Source: Clostridia bacterium
GTDB taxonomy: Bacteria > Bacillota > Clostridia > Oscillospirales > CAG-272
Length of the DNA stretch: 61,327 nucleotides
NCBI GenBank assembly: GCA_017558715.1
Contig: JAFYTT010000299.1
Location: forward strand, 1-61,327
Direction of reading: 5' to 3'
Part shown: positions 34,495 through 43,912 of the stretch, piece by piece
Position numbering within the stretch: the stretch's first letter is position 1
Layout of the letters: each line of letters starts with the position of its first letter
The notes under the pieces: model-generated
The model's input: the letters and a program-made list of their open reading frames with translations, nothing else
Told to the model about the DNA's origin: nothing
The model's database searches: none
Translations under genes and position numbers: made by a program

Positions 34495-34701
34495 ATGGCA
34501 GCAGCTAAAAAAGCACCCGAAGTCGTCCAGGAACCGGAATACACCGTGGAGGAATTCGCGGCGAACCCTTCCGCAGTCTTCGGTGAAGCCATATCGCCCG
34601 ATATCGTAACAGCAGCGCTGCGTGTGGCGGGCGTTAAGAAGACCACAAAGAGCGCAGCAAAAACCATCATCAACAAATTCAGATCGAAGGAGGTCAAGTA
34701 A
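34495..34701 (+). CDS. Hypothetical protein (68 aa)
   Basis: ATG 34495 preceded by aaaggaggcg. Confidence 0.5.
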   Translation: MAAAKKAPEVVQEPEYTVEEFAANPSAVFGEAISPDIVTAALRVAGVKKTTKSAAKTIINKFRSKEVK

Positions 34702-34704
34702 CCT

Positions 34705-36123
34705 ATGGGAACTTTCACTATTGGAGAAACCAAAGTCCGCCCTGGCGAGTACCATCGCTTTGAAAATGCTGGCGGCATTCCCACCGCAGGTGCGACCAAC
34801 GGAATCGTAGCTGGCGTAATTCGCGCCAACTGGGGACCGCTCAACAAGGCGGTAGTTTTCGATCCGAGCACAGACGTGAAGGCGGTATTCGGTAAAGGAC
34901 AGACCGAAGACCTCATCAGCGCAATGTTCGAGGAAGGAAACTCGAAGGGATACTTCGTCCGCTGCGGTACCGGTGGTACCTACGGCTCCATCACGCTGAA
35001 GGACAACGCAGCCGAGGCAGCTGACGCCGTGAAGATCACGGCTAAATACGTCGGCGACCGCGCGTTCACCGTCAGCATCAGAGACAGCTTGACAAACGAC
35101 GCAAAGAGAGAATGCATCATCTACGACGGCACTACCGAATTTGAGAAGATCGAATTCGCGAAGGGTGCCGAAGGCGGCGAAGCAGCTGCTCTTGTTGCGG
35201 CTTTTGCAGCTTCCGAAAACTTCACAGCACAGAAGGTAGCCGACGGCTCCGGCGTCCTTGCCTCTGTAACGCAGTCCGCGTTCACAGCCGGCACTAACCC
35301 GACCGTTGACACCGAGGCATACTCCACCGCCCTCAACGCATTGGAGCCTCACACTTACAACGTGCTCTGCGTAGACACCGAGGACGTCGCAGTCCATGCG
35401 GTCGTTCACTCTTTCATCAAGAGAACCTTCGCAGCAGGCGCGTATCCCATGACTGTCCTCTCCGAAAAGTCCAGCACCGAGAACACCCTCGACGTGAGAA
35501 TGCAGCACGCTGCAGCTTTCAACGACGCGAAGATCATCTACGTGCTGAACGGCGGCGAAGACACCAGCGGCAACAAGAAGGAAGGCTACATCAACGCTGC
35601 CAGAATCGGCGGCATTATCGCGGCCGTTCCTTCCAACCAGAGCGTAACTCACTACGTCGTGAGCGGCTACGCTGACCTTGCGGAAACCCTCACCAACACG
35701 CAGATCGAGAAGGCGCTCCTCTCCGGCTGCATCGTTTTGACAAAGAACAGCAGCGGCCAGGTATGGATCGAGCAGGGCATCAACACCCTCATCACTCCTT
35801 CTGGCAACGAGGACGAAGGCTGGAAGAAGATCCGCCGCGTAAAGACTCGCTTCGAGCTTATGCAGCGCATCGGCGACACAACCGACGCCCTCATCGGCAA
35901 GATCAACAACGACACCGACGGCAGAGCCGCCATCGTAGCAGCTGGTCAGTCGGTAATCGATACCATGATCGCCGAGAAAAAGCTCGCTCCCGGTTCAATT
36001 ATGACCGAGGACGGCGCAAATCCTGCGAAGGGCGACAGCGCATGGTTCGTCATCGCGGTAGACGACATCGATAGCATCGAGAAGATCTACCTGACCTACC
36101 GCTTCCGCTTCTCCGCAAATTAA
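34705..36123 (+). CDS. Tail sheath protein (XkdK-like)
   Basis: 472 aa. N-terminal TKVRPGEYHRFENAG motif. Followed by an XkdM-like tube gene. Confidence 0.85.
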   Translation: MGTFTIGETKVRPGEYHRFENAGGIPTAGATNGIVAGVIRANWGPLNKAVVFDPSTDVKAVFGKGQTEDLISAMFEEGNSKGYFVRCGTGGTYGSITLKDNAAEAADAVKITAKYVGDRAFTVSIRDSLTNDAKRECIIYDGTTEFEKIEFAKGAEGGEAAALVAAFAASENFTAQKVADGSGVLASVTQSAFTAGTNPTVDTEAYSTALNALEPHTYNVLCVDTEDVAVHAVVHSFIKRTFAAGAYPMTVLSEKSSTENTLDVRMQHAAAFNDAKIIYVLNGGEDTSGNKKEGYINAARIGGIIAAVPSNQSVTHYVVSGYADLAETLTNTQIEKALLSGCIVLTKNSSGQVWIEQGINTLITPSGNEDEGWKKIRRVKTRFELMQRIGDTTDALIGKINNDTDGRAAIVAAGQSVIDTMIAEKKLAPGSIMTEDGANPAKGDSAWFVIAVDDIDSIEKIYLTYRFRFSAN

Positions 36124-36141
36124 CGAAGGGAGGACACCTAA

Positions 36142-36600
36142 ATGCTTAATCAGAGAGGACCGATCGATACCAGAAAGGTATTGACCGGCAAAGACGGCGC
36201 TCTTTACAACGACGCAGGCGTAATGCTCGCAACCGTTGAGAGCTTCCAGGCGCAGGTTAACGTAACCAACGCCAAATACCAGCCGCTCGGCGACGCGCAG
36301 GAGCATGAAGCCTTCCAGGCTTACTCCGTAACGCTTACCTTCTCCCAGATCGTCATTGAAGACGACGCATTCATCGTCGAATTCATGAACGCTTTGAAAG
36401 CAGGTACCATGCCGAGCTGGAACTTCCAGGGGCTCATGAAGGGCAGAAACGGCTCGGAGCAGCGCATGAACTACCGTTCTTGCGTACCTTCCGGCACCAT
36501 CGACCTTCAGAACGTCACAGTCGGAGACATTCTCAAGAGAGCGTGGAGCTTCTTCGTAAACGAACCCCCTGCTCTCCAGAAGCTGCTCACCGCAGATTGA
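36142..36600 (+). CDS. Tail tube protein (XkdM-like)
   Basis: GKDGALYNDAGVMLATVESFQAQVNVTNAKYQPLGD pattern. Synteny. Confidence 0.8.
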   Translation: MLNQRGPIDTRKVLTGKDGALYNDAGVMLATVESFQAQVNVTNAKYQPLGDAQEHEAFQAYSVTLTFSQIVIEDDAFIVEFMNALKAGTMPSWNFQGLMKGRNGSEQRMNYRSCVPSGTIDLQNVTVGDILKRAWSFFVNEPPALQKLLTAD

Positions 36601-36623
36601 TAACAATCGCCCCATAACACACG

Positions 36624-36659
36624 GCAGGGGCGGGTAAAACTGCCCCTGCTTATTTTTTT
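36624..36659 (+). terminator. Rho-independent terminator after the tube gene
   Basis: gcaggggc / gcccctgc stem with a 10-nt loop, followed by ttattttttt. Confidence 0.7.
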
Positions 36660-36682
36660 ATAACGAAAAGGAGGACACGACC

Positions 36683-37195
36683 ATGTCTGAAACCAAGAAA
36701 AACACAGCCATCGAAGAAGTCGAGATGGACAAAGAAACCAACGAAGGTATCATGAGAACCTACGAGGACGACATCCTCGGCGGCTTGCTTGCCGCAGCTG
36801 ACTACATCAACGATGAGGACGAAATCGTTCCCATCGAGATCGCCAGAAACGGCGTCGTCTTGATTAAATTCCGCATCAGACCTCTCTCCGAAGAAGAGTA
36901 CGTCAAGTGCAAGAACCGCCACACCAAGTACATCCGCAACAAGCAGATCGGCATCAAGATCCCCGAAGACACCGACACCGCTATGTACCGCAACGCCCTC
37001 ATTTACCAGGCAACCATCCCGGAAGACCGCGAGAAGGTCTGGGACAACAAGGCAGCGTGGAAGAAGCTCGACGTGCTCAACGGAACCGAACTCATCGGCA
37101 AGGTGCTCAAGGCTGGCGAAAAAGACGCAGTCTGCGACAAGATCGACACCATCAGCGGCTACAGCGCTATGGCTGAGGAAGTCGCAAAAAACTAA
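36683..37195 (+). CDS. Tail assembly chaperone (XkdN-like), short product
   Basis: Position between the tube and tape measure genes. RBS aaaggagga. Confidence 0.7.
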   Translation: MSETKKNTAIEEVEMDKETNEGIMRTYEDDILGGLLAAADYINDEDEIVPIEIARNGVVLIKFRIRPLSEEEYVKCKNRHTKYIRNKQIGIKIPEDTDTAMYRNALIYQATIPEDREKVWDNKAAWKKLDVLNGTELIGKVLKAGEKDAVCDKIDTISGYSAMAEEVAKN

Positions 37196-37365
37196 TACTG
37201 GCCGGAGGCAAGGCAACGGTTCTCCATCACATTTTTCAAAGGCAAGGGATAACACCGGACGAAGTGATGGCAAAACCGCCCGGCGTCCGTGCCTTTATGT
37301 TCGCCTCCACCAGAGTGCAGGTGGAAGCGGAAAATAACAAGCTTCATGGAGAGGAGGAATCGTAA
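36683..37365 (+). CDS. Tail assembly chaperone, -1 frameshift-extended product (gpG/gpGT analogue)
   Basis: Hand translation of the -1 frame (LILAGGKATVLHHIFQRQGITPDEVMAKPPGVRAFMFASTRVQVEAENNKLHGEEES*). It fills the otherwise non-coding 170-nt gap and ends overlapping the TMP start (TAATG). Confidence 0.55.
37186..37192 (+). promoter_or_regulatory. -1 programmed ribosomal frameshift slippery heptamer A_AAA_AAC
   Basis: Codons gca aaa aac taa end the chaperone ORF. The -1 frame from c37192 stays open for 57 codons up to TAA 37363-37365. Confidence 0.6.
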
Positions 37366-40300
37366 TGGCAGCTGAAGCATTCCGAATCGAAATACCCATT
37401 CACGTCGAAGACAAAACCGACCCCGGCGTCAGCAAGGCGACGGAGAAGATGAACAAATTCGACAAGCAGAATGAGAAGACCAAGAAGCGGCTCGATCAGA
37501 TGAACAAGACGAAGTGGCAGGTCGCCATTGAAGCGGTCGATAAAGTGACCAGCGTCGTGAGCAAGATCGGAACCACCGTCAGGGGCGTCGCCGGCAGGGC
37601 GTGGAGCTTTACGATGGGCGTCGTAGATAAAGTCACGGCACCCGTCAAGAAGATGATATCAGTCCTGGGCGATATGCTCGGCATTTCAACAGCCGTCTCG
37701 ACAGTCCTCGCGGGTCTCTCGATCAAGAACGCATTAGAGGCGTCCGCCGAATCCTCCCGAATGCTGGCACAGCTGCAAGTGTCGGCAAAGAACATGGGAA
37801 TTGACGACAGCGGAATCCAGAAGATCCTGGATAAAGCCTCGCAAATCCAGCAAACCACGATGTACTCGGACGACGCAATGACCGGCGCAGCTGCCGAACT
37901 TGCGACGTACTTCGAGGACACCGAAGCCATCACCCGAATGATGGATACCGTAATCGACTACGCGGCCGGTATGTCCGGAGGCGTGGAACTTTCCACGGAG
38001 GAAATCATCGACTACACCACCAACCTCGCGAAGATGACCACCGGAGCCTACGACGCCATGACGAAGAAAGGCTTCGAGGTAACTGACGCCCAGAAGAAGA
38101 TCCTCGAAACCGGCACCGACATGGAGAAGGTAGCCGTAATCGAGAGCATCATCCAGGAGAACTGGGAAGGAATGGCGCTCGCCATGAGCAACACCCCGAC
38201 CGGACAGCTCACCAAGATGAAGAACTCCTTCGGCGACATCAGCGAAATGATAGGCGACAAATTATCCCCAGGGGTAACGAGCCTCTTCAGAATGCTGAAC
38301 AACAAGATGCCGACCATCTCCAAACTCCTCGAAGGCGGCGCAGATGCAGCAGGAGCGTGGCTGGAAGAATTCATGCCAACGCTTGAGGACTGGATCGACA
38401 GCGCCATCGAGTGGGTGGACAATTTCGGAAAGCGCGTAAGCGAAGTACTGGGCAGCGACGAATTCAAGAAAGCTGACCTCTTCGGAAAAGTCAAAATCGC
38501 GTGGAACAAGATCATCGCGGAACCCTTCAGCGAATGGTGGGACAGCACCGGCAAGGCGTGGTTCGCGGAGAAAATGAACGGAGTCGGCGAAGCCATCGGC
38601 TCCGGACTGACGACTGGACTACTCGCACTACTCGGAATCGACCTCGACAAAACCCTGCAGGACGGTACCAGCGTAGGCGGAGCGTTCATCGAAGGCTTCA
38701 AGAAAGGCTTTGACACCGAAAAAATCACCGAAGCTCTGAAGGAATGGGCAGACAACAACAAGGAGGTCGTGATAGGCATCGGCGCCGTGGTAGGCTTCAA
38801 CCTTATCACCGGAATCGCCGGCAAGCTCAACGACCTGATCTCCCTCTTCAGGAAGGACAGCGGCGGATCCTCCGCAGCTGACACCGGAAGCCTCGGCGCA
38901 ATGACGGTAACAAGCACAACCACGACCGTCAACGGTACCGTGGTCAACGTTTACGGTGCAACCGTGAACAACGCCAGCGGCAGCGGCGTAGGAACTGCCC
39001 TGAAGAACTTCCTGCCTTCTCTGGCAGGCGGAGCTGCAGGAACCGGTCTCCTTCTCGGCGGCGGAAAAACCATCGCCGGACTGCTCGGAAGCGGCGGAGC
39101 CAAGATCGCAGGTCTCCTCGGAGGAGGAACTGCGGCCGCAGGAGGCACCGCAACCGGACTGACAGCTGCAGGTAGCTGGTTGAGCAAACTGCTGACCCTC
39201 GGCTCGACTTCTTCTGTAATTGGCGCAGACGGAACCCTTCTCGCCGTTCAAGGAGGACTGGGCGGAACCCTCGGCAGCTTTGCAGGCGCTCTCGGAAGCG
39301 GAGCCTCAACAGCGGCAGGAGCCGCAGCGGTAGGCGGCGCATCCATCAGCGGCATCATCGGCGGCATTCTCGGTCTCGGCTCGGCAGCGATCGACCTCTT
39401 CCAGGGTATCGGCAAGAGCAAAGAGGGAGACAAGAAGGCAGCCAAAGACGAATACTGGAAGGCAGGAACCAAGACTGGTATGGTCGGCGCAGGCGCAGGC
39501 ATCGGCGCAGGCATTGGCGCACTCTTCGGAGGCGTTGGCGCAGGACCCGGAGCACTCATCGGCGCAGGCATCGGCGGAATTATTTCGCTTTTCACCGGCG
39601 ACAAAGCCGGCAAGGCACTCTCCGACGGTTCAGACGAAGGCGGCTGGCTTTCCAACGCGTGGGAAGGCACGAAGAAATTCTTCAAGGAAGACCTCGGAAA
39701 ATTCTTCACGCAAACCATCCCGAAAGGCTGGAACAGCTTCTGGGGAGCAATCTCGAACTTTTTCACGACCACAATCCCGACCTGGTGGGGCGGCTTGAAG
39801 GAGAAGGTCTCGACCTTCTTCACAGAGACGATCCCGGAGAAATGGGACGAAATGTGGGAAGGGATCGGCGCCTTCTTTACGGAAGACGTGCCATACGCCA
39901 TAGGCTACGCCTGCGGTAAGATCGAGATATTCTTCACCGAGACAATCCCTGGCTTCTTCGGAGACCTCTGGGACGGAATCAGCACATTCTTCTCTGACAC
40001 GCTGCCTACCTGGGCAAGCGACGTCTGGAATAACCACATCGTCCCATTTTTCACAGAAACCATCCCCGAATTCTTCGGCGGAATCTTTGAAGCTATCGGA
40101 ACCTTCTTCACCGATACCCTTCCCACCTGGGCGTCGGACGTTTGGAACAACTCGATCGTTCCATTCTTCACCGAAGACATTCCGAACTTCTTCAGCGGAC
40201 TGTGGAATTCAATATCAACATTTTTCACGGACACCCTGCCGACGTGGGCATCGGATACGTGGAATAACCATATTGTGCCCTTCTTTACGGAGAGCATCCC

Positions 40301-41015
40301 GTCCTTTTTCTCAACCCTCTGGAATTCGATCTCGACGTTTTTCACAGAGACGCTGCCTACCTGGGCAAGCAACATCTGGAACAACAACATCGTGCCGTTT
40401 TTCACGGAGACAATCCCTGGCTTCTTTGCGAGCATCTGGGACGCCGTGACGAAATTATTCACAGAGGCGATCCCGACCCTGGCATCGAACATCTGGGGAG
40501 CCATCAGCGGATGGTTCAGCAGCATCGGCGACTGGTTCGGCGACGTTTGGGACAAAGTGAGCGGCTTCTTCGGAGCCGGCTATAACGACGCGAAAGGCAA
40601 GCACGCATGGGGCGGCATTATGCACTCCCCGCACGTGGGACTTGTCGCAGAAGACGGACCCGAAGCAATTATTCCTCTTTCGCCCAGCAAGAACGCAAGA
40701 GGACTCGACCTCTGGATGAGAGCCGGCGAACAGCTCGGCGTCAGACCTTACGCAGAAGGCGGAATCGTGGGAGATATCCCCGAAGATATTCCGGTCTCAA
40801 CCTTCAGCGGATCCGGCGGAGGAAACAACGTCGAAATCAAGGTAGAGGTCAACCCGCAATTTGTAATTGAAGCCAAAGACGCAGGCTTTGATGGCGAGAG
40901 CTTGATAGCCGTCATCAAGGCACACATCCGCGAACTGGTGGACGACATCGGCGATGAGCTGGCAGACCGCCTCGCTCGCGTCTTTGCAAATATGCCTGTG
41001 AAGGGAGGAGCGTAA
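37365..41015 (+). CDS. Tape measure protein
   Basis: 1216 aa. Gly/Ala-rich TM-like middle region, tandem FFTETIP...TLPTWAS...WNN.IVP repeats and a C-terminal GLVAEDGPEAIIPL motif. Confidence 0.9.
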   Translation: MAAEAFRIEIPIHVEDKTDPGVSKATEKMNKFDKQNEKTKKRLDQMNKTKWQVAIEAVDKVTSVVSKIGTTVRGVAGRAWSFTMGVVDKVTAPVKKMISVLGDMLGISTAVSTVLAGLSIKNALEASAESSRMLAQLQVSAKNMGIDDSGIQKILDKASQIQQTTMYSDDAMTGAAAELATYFEDTEAITRMMDTVIDYAAGMSGGVELSTEEIIDYTTNLAKMTTGAYDAMTKKGFEVTDAQKKILETGTDMEKVAVIESIIQENWEGMALAMSNTPTGQLTKMKNSFGDISEMIGDKLSPGVTSLFRMLNNKMPTISKLLEGGADAAGAWLEEFMPTLEDWIDSAIEWVDNFGKRVSEVLGSDEFKKADLFGKVKIAWNKIIAEPFSEWWDSTGKAWFAEKMNGVGEAIGSGLTTGLLALLGIDLDKTLQDGTSVGGAFIEGFKKGFDTEKITEALKEWADNNKEVVIGIGAVVGFNLITGIAGKLNDLISLFRKDSGGSSAADTGSLGAMTVTSTTTTVNGTVVNVYGATVNNASGSGVGTALKNFLPSLAGGAAGTGLLLGGGKTIAGLLGSGGAKIAGLLGGGTAAAGGTATGLTAAGSWLSKLLTLGSTSSVIGADGTLLAVQGGLGGTLGSFAGALGSGASTAAGAAAVGGASISGIIGGILGLGSAAIDLFQGIGKSKEGDKKAAKDEYWKAGTKTGMVGAGAGIGAGIGALFGGVGAGPGALIGAGIGGIISLFTGDKAGKALSDGSDEGGWLSNAWEGTKKFFKEDLGKFFTQTIPKGWNSFWGAISNFFTTTIPTWWGGLKEKVSTFFTETIPEKWDEMWEGIGAFFTEDVPYAIGYACGKIEIFFTETIPGFFGDLWDGISTFFSDTLPTWASDVWNNHIVPFFTETIPEFFGGIFEAIGTFFTDTLPTWASDVWNNSIVPFFTEDIPNFFSGLWNSISTFFTDTLPTWASDTWNNHIVPFFTESIPSFFSTLWNSISTFFTETLPTWASNIWNNNIVPFFTETIPGFFASIWDAVTKLFTEAIPTLASNIWGAISGWFSSIGDWFGDVWDKVSGFFGAGYNDAKGKHAWGGIMHSPHVGLVAEDGPEAIIPLSPSKNARGLDLWMRAGEQLGVRPYAEGGIVGDIPEDIPVSTFSGSGGGNNVEIKVEVNPQFVIEAKDAGFDGESLIAVIKAHIRELVDDIGDELADRLARVFANMPVKGGA

Positions 41016-41018
41016 CGC

Positions 41019-41705
41019 ATGGATTTATACCTGACCGAAAAAGACACCGGCTGGAGACTTTCATGGTGCCTCCTCCCGGAAAAGGTGAAAGCGAAGGCAG
41101 ACAGCGACTTCATCACCTACAAATTCATCAACATCGGCGAAGTTAAAATACCGAGCGGCCAGAAACTCCGCACATTCTCATGGAGCGGCACATTCCCCGG
41201 ACCGGCGATGCGTCAGATGCCGTTTGTAAAGACGGCGCTCTACCATTCACCGAAGGAAATGATAACGTGCATCGAGAAGTGGAGAACGAACCGCACGGAG
41301 CTGGTTCTGATGCTTACCGAGACACCGATATACGCCAACGTCTATCTGAAGTCCTTCACCTACGAGCCGACCGGCGGCGTGGGCAACTACGACTACACGA
41401 TAGAATTCATCGAGGCGAAAGCGGCGACGGTTTATACCATCACGGAAGCGCAGACCACCCAGAGCGCCCAGAATTCGAACGTAGCGAGCGGATCGAGACC
41501 GACGACTAATTCTACCAACACTCCGACAAAATCGGAGCAGACGAAGACGTACACGGTCAAGAAGGGCGACTGCCTCTGGAACATCGCAAAGGCGAAGCTC
41601 GGCAGCGGAGCCAAGTACACGGAAATCTACGCGCTGAACAAAAAGACGATAGGATCAAACCCGAACCTCATCAGACCGGGAATGGTTCTGCTCTTGCCTT
41701 ATTAA
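41019..41705 (+). CDS. LysM-domain tail protein (XkdP-like)
   Basis: C-terminal YTVKKGDCLWNIAKAKLGSGAKYTEIYALNKKTIGSNPNLIRPGMVLLLP is a LysM domain. Confidence 0.8.
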   Translation: MDLYLTEKDTGWRLSWCLLPEKVKAKADSDFITYKFINIGEVKIPSGQKLRTFSWSGTFPGPAMRQMPFVKTALYHSPKEMITCIEKWRTNRTELVLMLTETPIYANVYLKSFTYEPTGGVGNYDYTIEFIEAKAATVYTITEAQTTQSAQNSNVASGSRPTTNSTNTPTKSEQTKTYTVKKGDCLWNIAKAKLGSGAKYTEIYALNKKTIGSNPNLIRPGMVLLLPY

Positions 41706-41720
41706 GGAGGTGCAGCACGG

Positions 41721-42992
41721 ATGATTGACGTCAGCAAAATCGCATACAAGACCTATCTGCTCCGGGAGAACGGCGAACAACTGGACATCACCGGAGCCTC
41801 AACGGACGTCGGCTGGGAGGAAAACGAGGGAGAACTCGCACAGCGTGTCTCCCTCAACCTCGCCAACGTCGTCCACAAAGGCAGCAGAATGTCGAGCCTG
41901 GCAAAGCCGAACTGCTACATCATCGTGAAAGCCGAATACGGCGGAAAATCCGAAGAGGTAGCAAGAGGCAAAATCACGGACTGGGCACCGGCGCGCTCCA
42001 GCACGTCGGACGCCCTCGACCTTCTCGGCTATGACGAACTATTCGACCTGCAGGGATCGCAAGACAACCGATACATCAGCGCAGGCGTAGGCACCAAAAC
42101 CGCCCTGATGGGTATTTTTAACGACTGGGGAATCCCGGTGGAAAAGTACGAAGGACCGGACGTCTCGCACGCGAAGACCACCTTCAAGAACGAATACCTA
42201 TCAGACATCGCCCTGGAGCTCCTGGAGACCGCCCATAAGCACGGAGGAGCAGACTGCATCATCCGCGCCAAAAAGGGCAAGGTCTCGGTCATTCCGAAAG
42301 GCAGCAACTCAACCATTTACTGCTTCGAGGAAGAGAAAAACCTCGAAATGACCAAGTACAAGATCAGCACCGGGGACATGGTAACGGTCGTAAAAGTCGT
42401 AGCTTCGGAAGACGACGACGGCCGCCAAGCGGTAGAAGCCATCATCAACGGCAAGACGGAGTACGGCAAGCGCCAGAAGATCTACGTCCGCGATGACGAC
42501 GACTCCCTGGCGACCGCCACAGCTGCAGCAAAGGAAATCCTCAAGGAAGAAGGCGAACCTGAAGAGACAATGAGCTTCAAAGCACCAGACATCCCCTGGC
42601 TTCGCAAAGGAGACAAGGTGAAGGTGACCGCCCGCGTTTTCACCGGGTACGCTCTTGTTGTTTCCATTCAGCACAACGCCTCCAACAAGTCCATGAGCAT
42701 GGGACTGGTGAAATACAACGCCGACGCCATCAAGGGCAGCGGCGCCGTACAATCCACGACCACCAAGAAGGACTACAAGGTCGGCGATATCGTCAACTTC
42801 AACGGAGGAAACCACTACTACACGTCGCAGGACGCAAGTCCGCGCGGCGGCAACAGAACCGGCGGCAAAGCAAAAATCACCGCCATAGCAAAAGGAGCCA
42901 AGCACCCATACCACCTCATCGGCGGCGCTTATAACAACGTCGGCGGCAGCAGTAACGTCTACGGCTGGGTAGATGCTGGCTCGTTCAGTTAA
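41721..42992 (+). CDS. XkdQ-like tail/baseplate hub protein with a C-terminal SH3-like wall-binding-type domain
   Basis: Synteny with the PBSX order. The C-terminal 75 aa are shared with the endolysin C-terminus. Confidence 0.65.
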   Translation: MIDVSKIAYKTYLLRENGEQLDITGASTDVGWEENEGELAQRVSLNLANVVHKGSRMSSLAKPNCYIIVKAEYGGKSEEVARGKITDWAPARSSTSDALDLLGYDELFDLQGSQDNRYISAGVGTKTALMGIFNDWGIPVEKYEGPDVSHAKTTFKNEYLSDIALELLETAHKHGGADCIIRAKKGKVSVIPKGSNSTIYCFEEEKNLEMTKYKISTGDMVTVVKVVASEDDDGRQAVEAIINGKTEYGKRQKIYVRDDDDSLATATAAAKEILKEEGEPEETMSFKAPDIPWLRKGDKVKVTARVFTGYALVVSIQHNASNKSMSMGLVKYNADAIKGSGAVQSTTTKKDYKVGDIVNFNGGNHYYTSQDASPRGGNRTGGKAKITAIAKGAKHPYHLIGGAYNNVGGSSNVYGWVDAGSFS

Positions 42993-43004
42993 GGAGGCGA
43001 GGAC

Positions 43005-43439
43005 ATGGACGAAGGAATGAACAAGCTCGCAAGAGTGCTCCACGGCCGAATACAAGGCGAACGAGAAGCGCACAGCTCCCTCGTGCTTGACTTCGGAGAA
43101 ATCCAGAAGGACTACAGCCTCCTCACCAACACATACCCGATACCGATCCCGAAAGCGGACTACCTCGTTCTCGAAGACTTAACCCTCGGAGAGACCGGGA
43201 CGAAGCTCACAACAACCACCCAGAATGGCGCACACACCCACGGCAACAACGGAAGCCACGGAGGACACCTCGCAGGCGACGGATCCCATGAGCACGAAAG
43301 CAGCGGAACCCACAGCCACACCGTCCTCATTCCAGAAAAGCTCCGCTGGCTCAAGCCTGGCGACCGCGTCCTGGTGGCGTGGGTCCAGCACGACGCCATC
43401 GTCGTGGGAAGAGTCCGCCCGGCGACTGACATCGGATAG
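43005..43439 (+). CDS. XkdR-like (DUF2577) baseplate protein with His-rich loop
   Basis: LVLDFGEIQKDYSLLTNTYPIPIPKADYLV pattern. HTHGNNGSHGGH...HEHESSGTHSH. Confidence 0.6.
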   Translation: MDEGMNKLARVLHGRIQGEREAHSSLVLDFGEIQKDYSLLTNTYPIPIPKADYLVLEDLTLGETGTKLTTTTQNGAHTHGNNGSHGGHLAGDGSHEHESSGTHSHTVLIPEKLRWLKPGDRVLVAWVQHDAIVVGRVRPATDIG

Positions 43440-43450
43440 GAGGCGAAATC

Positions 43451-43900
43451 ATGGCAGAAAAGAACCTATTCCCCGTCTTTGACGTGCCGGAGATCTCGGC
43501 GCCTACGCAGAGCGAAACGCGAACGTACAAACCGAGCGTATTCTTCGACTACGACAAGGGCGACTTCAGGCTTGATGGTGCCCATAAGATGACAGCCTCC
43601 ACCGGCAAAGAAGCCTATATGCAATGGTGCCGCAAGGTCGTGATGACCGAGCGCGACGCCTTCCTCTCTTACAGCACCGACATCGGTGCAGAAAAAGAGG
43701 CAGCGCTTGCAGAAGGCGACCACGCCGCCGTGGAATCGGCACTCGAAAAAACCATCACAGAGGCGCTGATGGTCAATACCCACACCGAATACGTCCGAGG
43801 ATTTGAATTCAGCTGGAGAGCAGACGCCCTCTACCTGGCATTCACGATCAAGGGCAAGGAGTGGGAAGAAGAGACAATAAGCGTCTCATTCTCAACGTAA
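43451..43900 (+). CDS. XkdS-like (DUF2634) baseplate protein
   Basis: Synteny and size. Confidence 0.55.
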   Translation: MAEKNLFPVFDVPEISAPTQSETRTYKPSVFFDYDKGDFRLDGAHKMTASTGKEAYMQWCRKVVMTERDAFLSYSTDIGAEKEAALAEGDHAAVESALEKTITEALMVNTHTEYVRGFEFSWRADALYLAFTIKGKEWEEETISVSFST

Positions 43901-43912
43901 GGAGGAAGAAGC

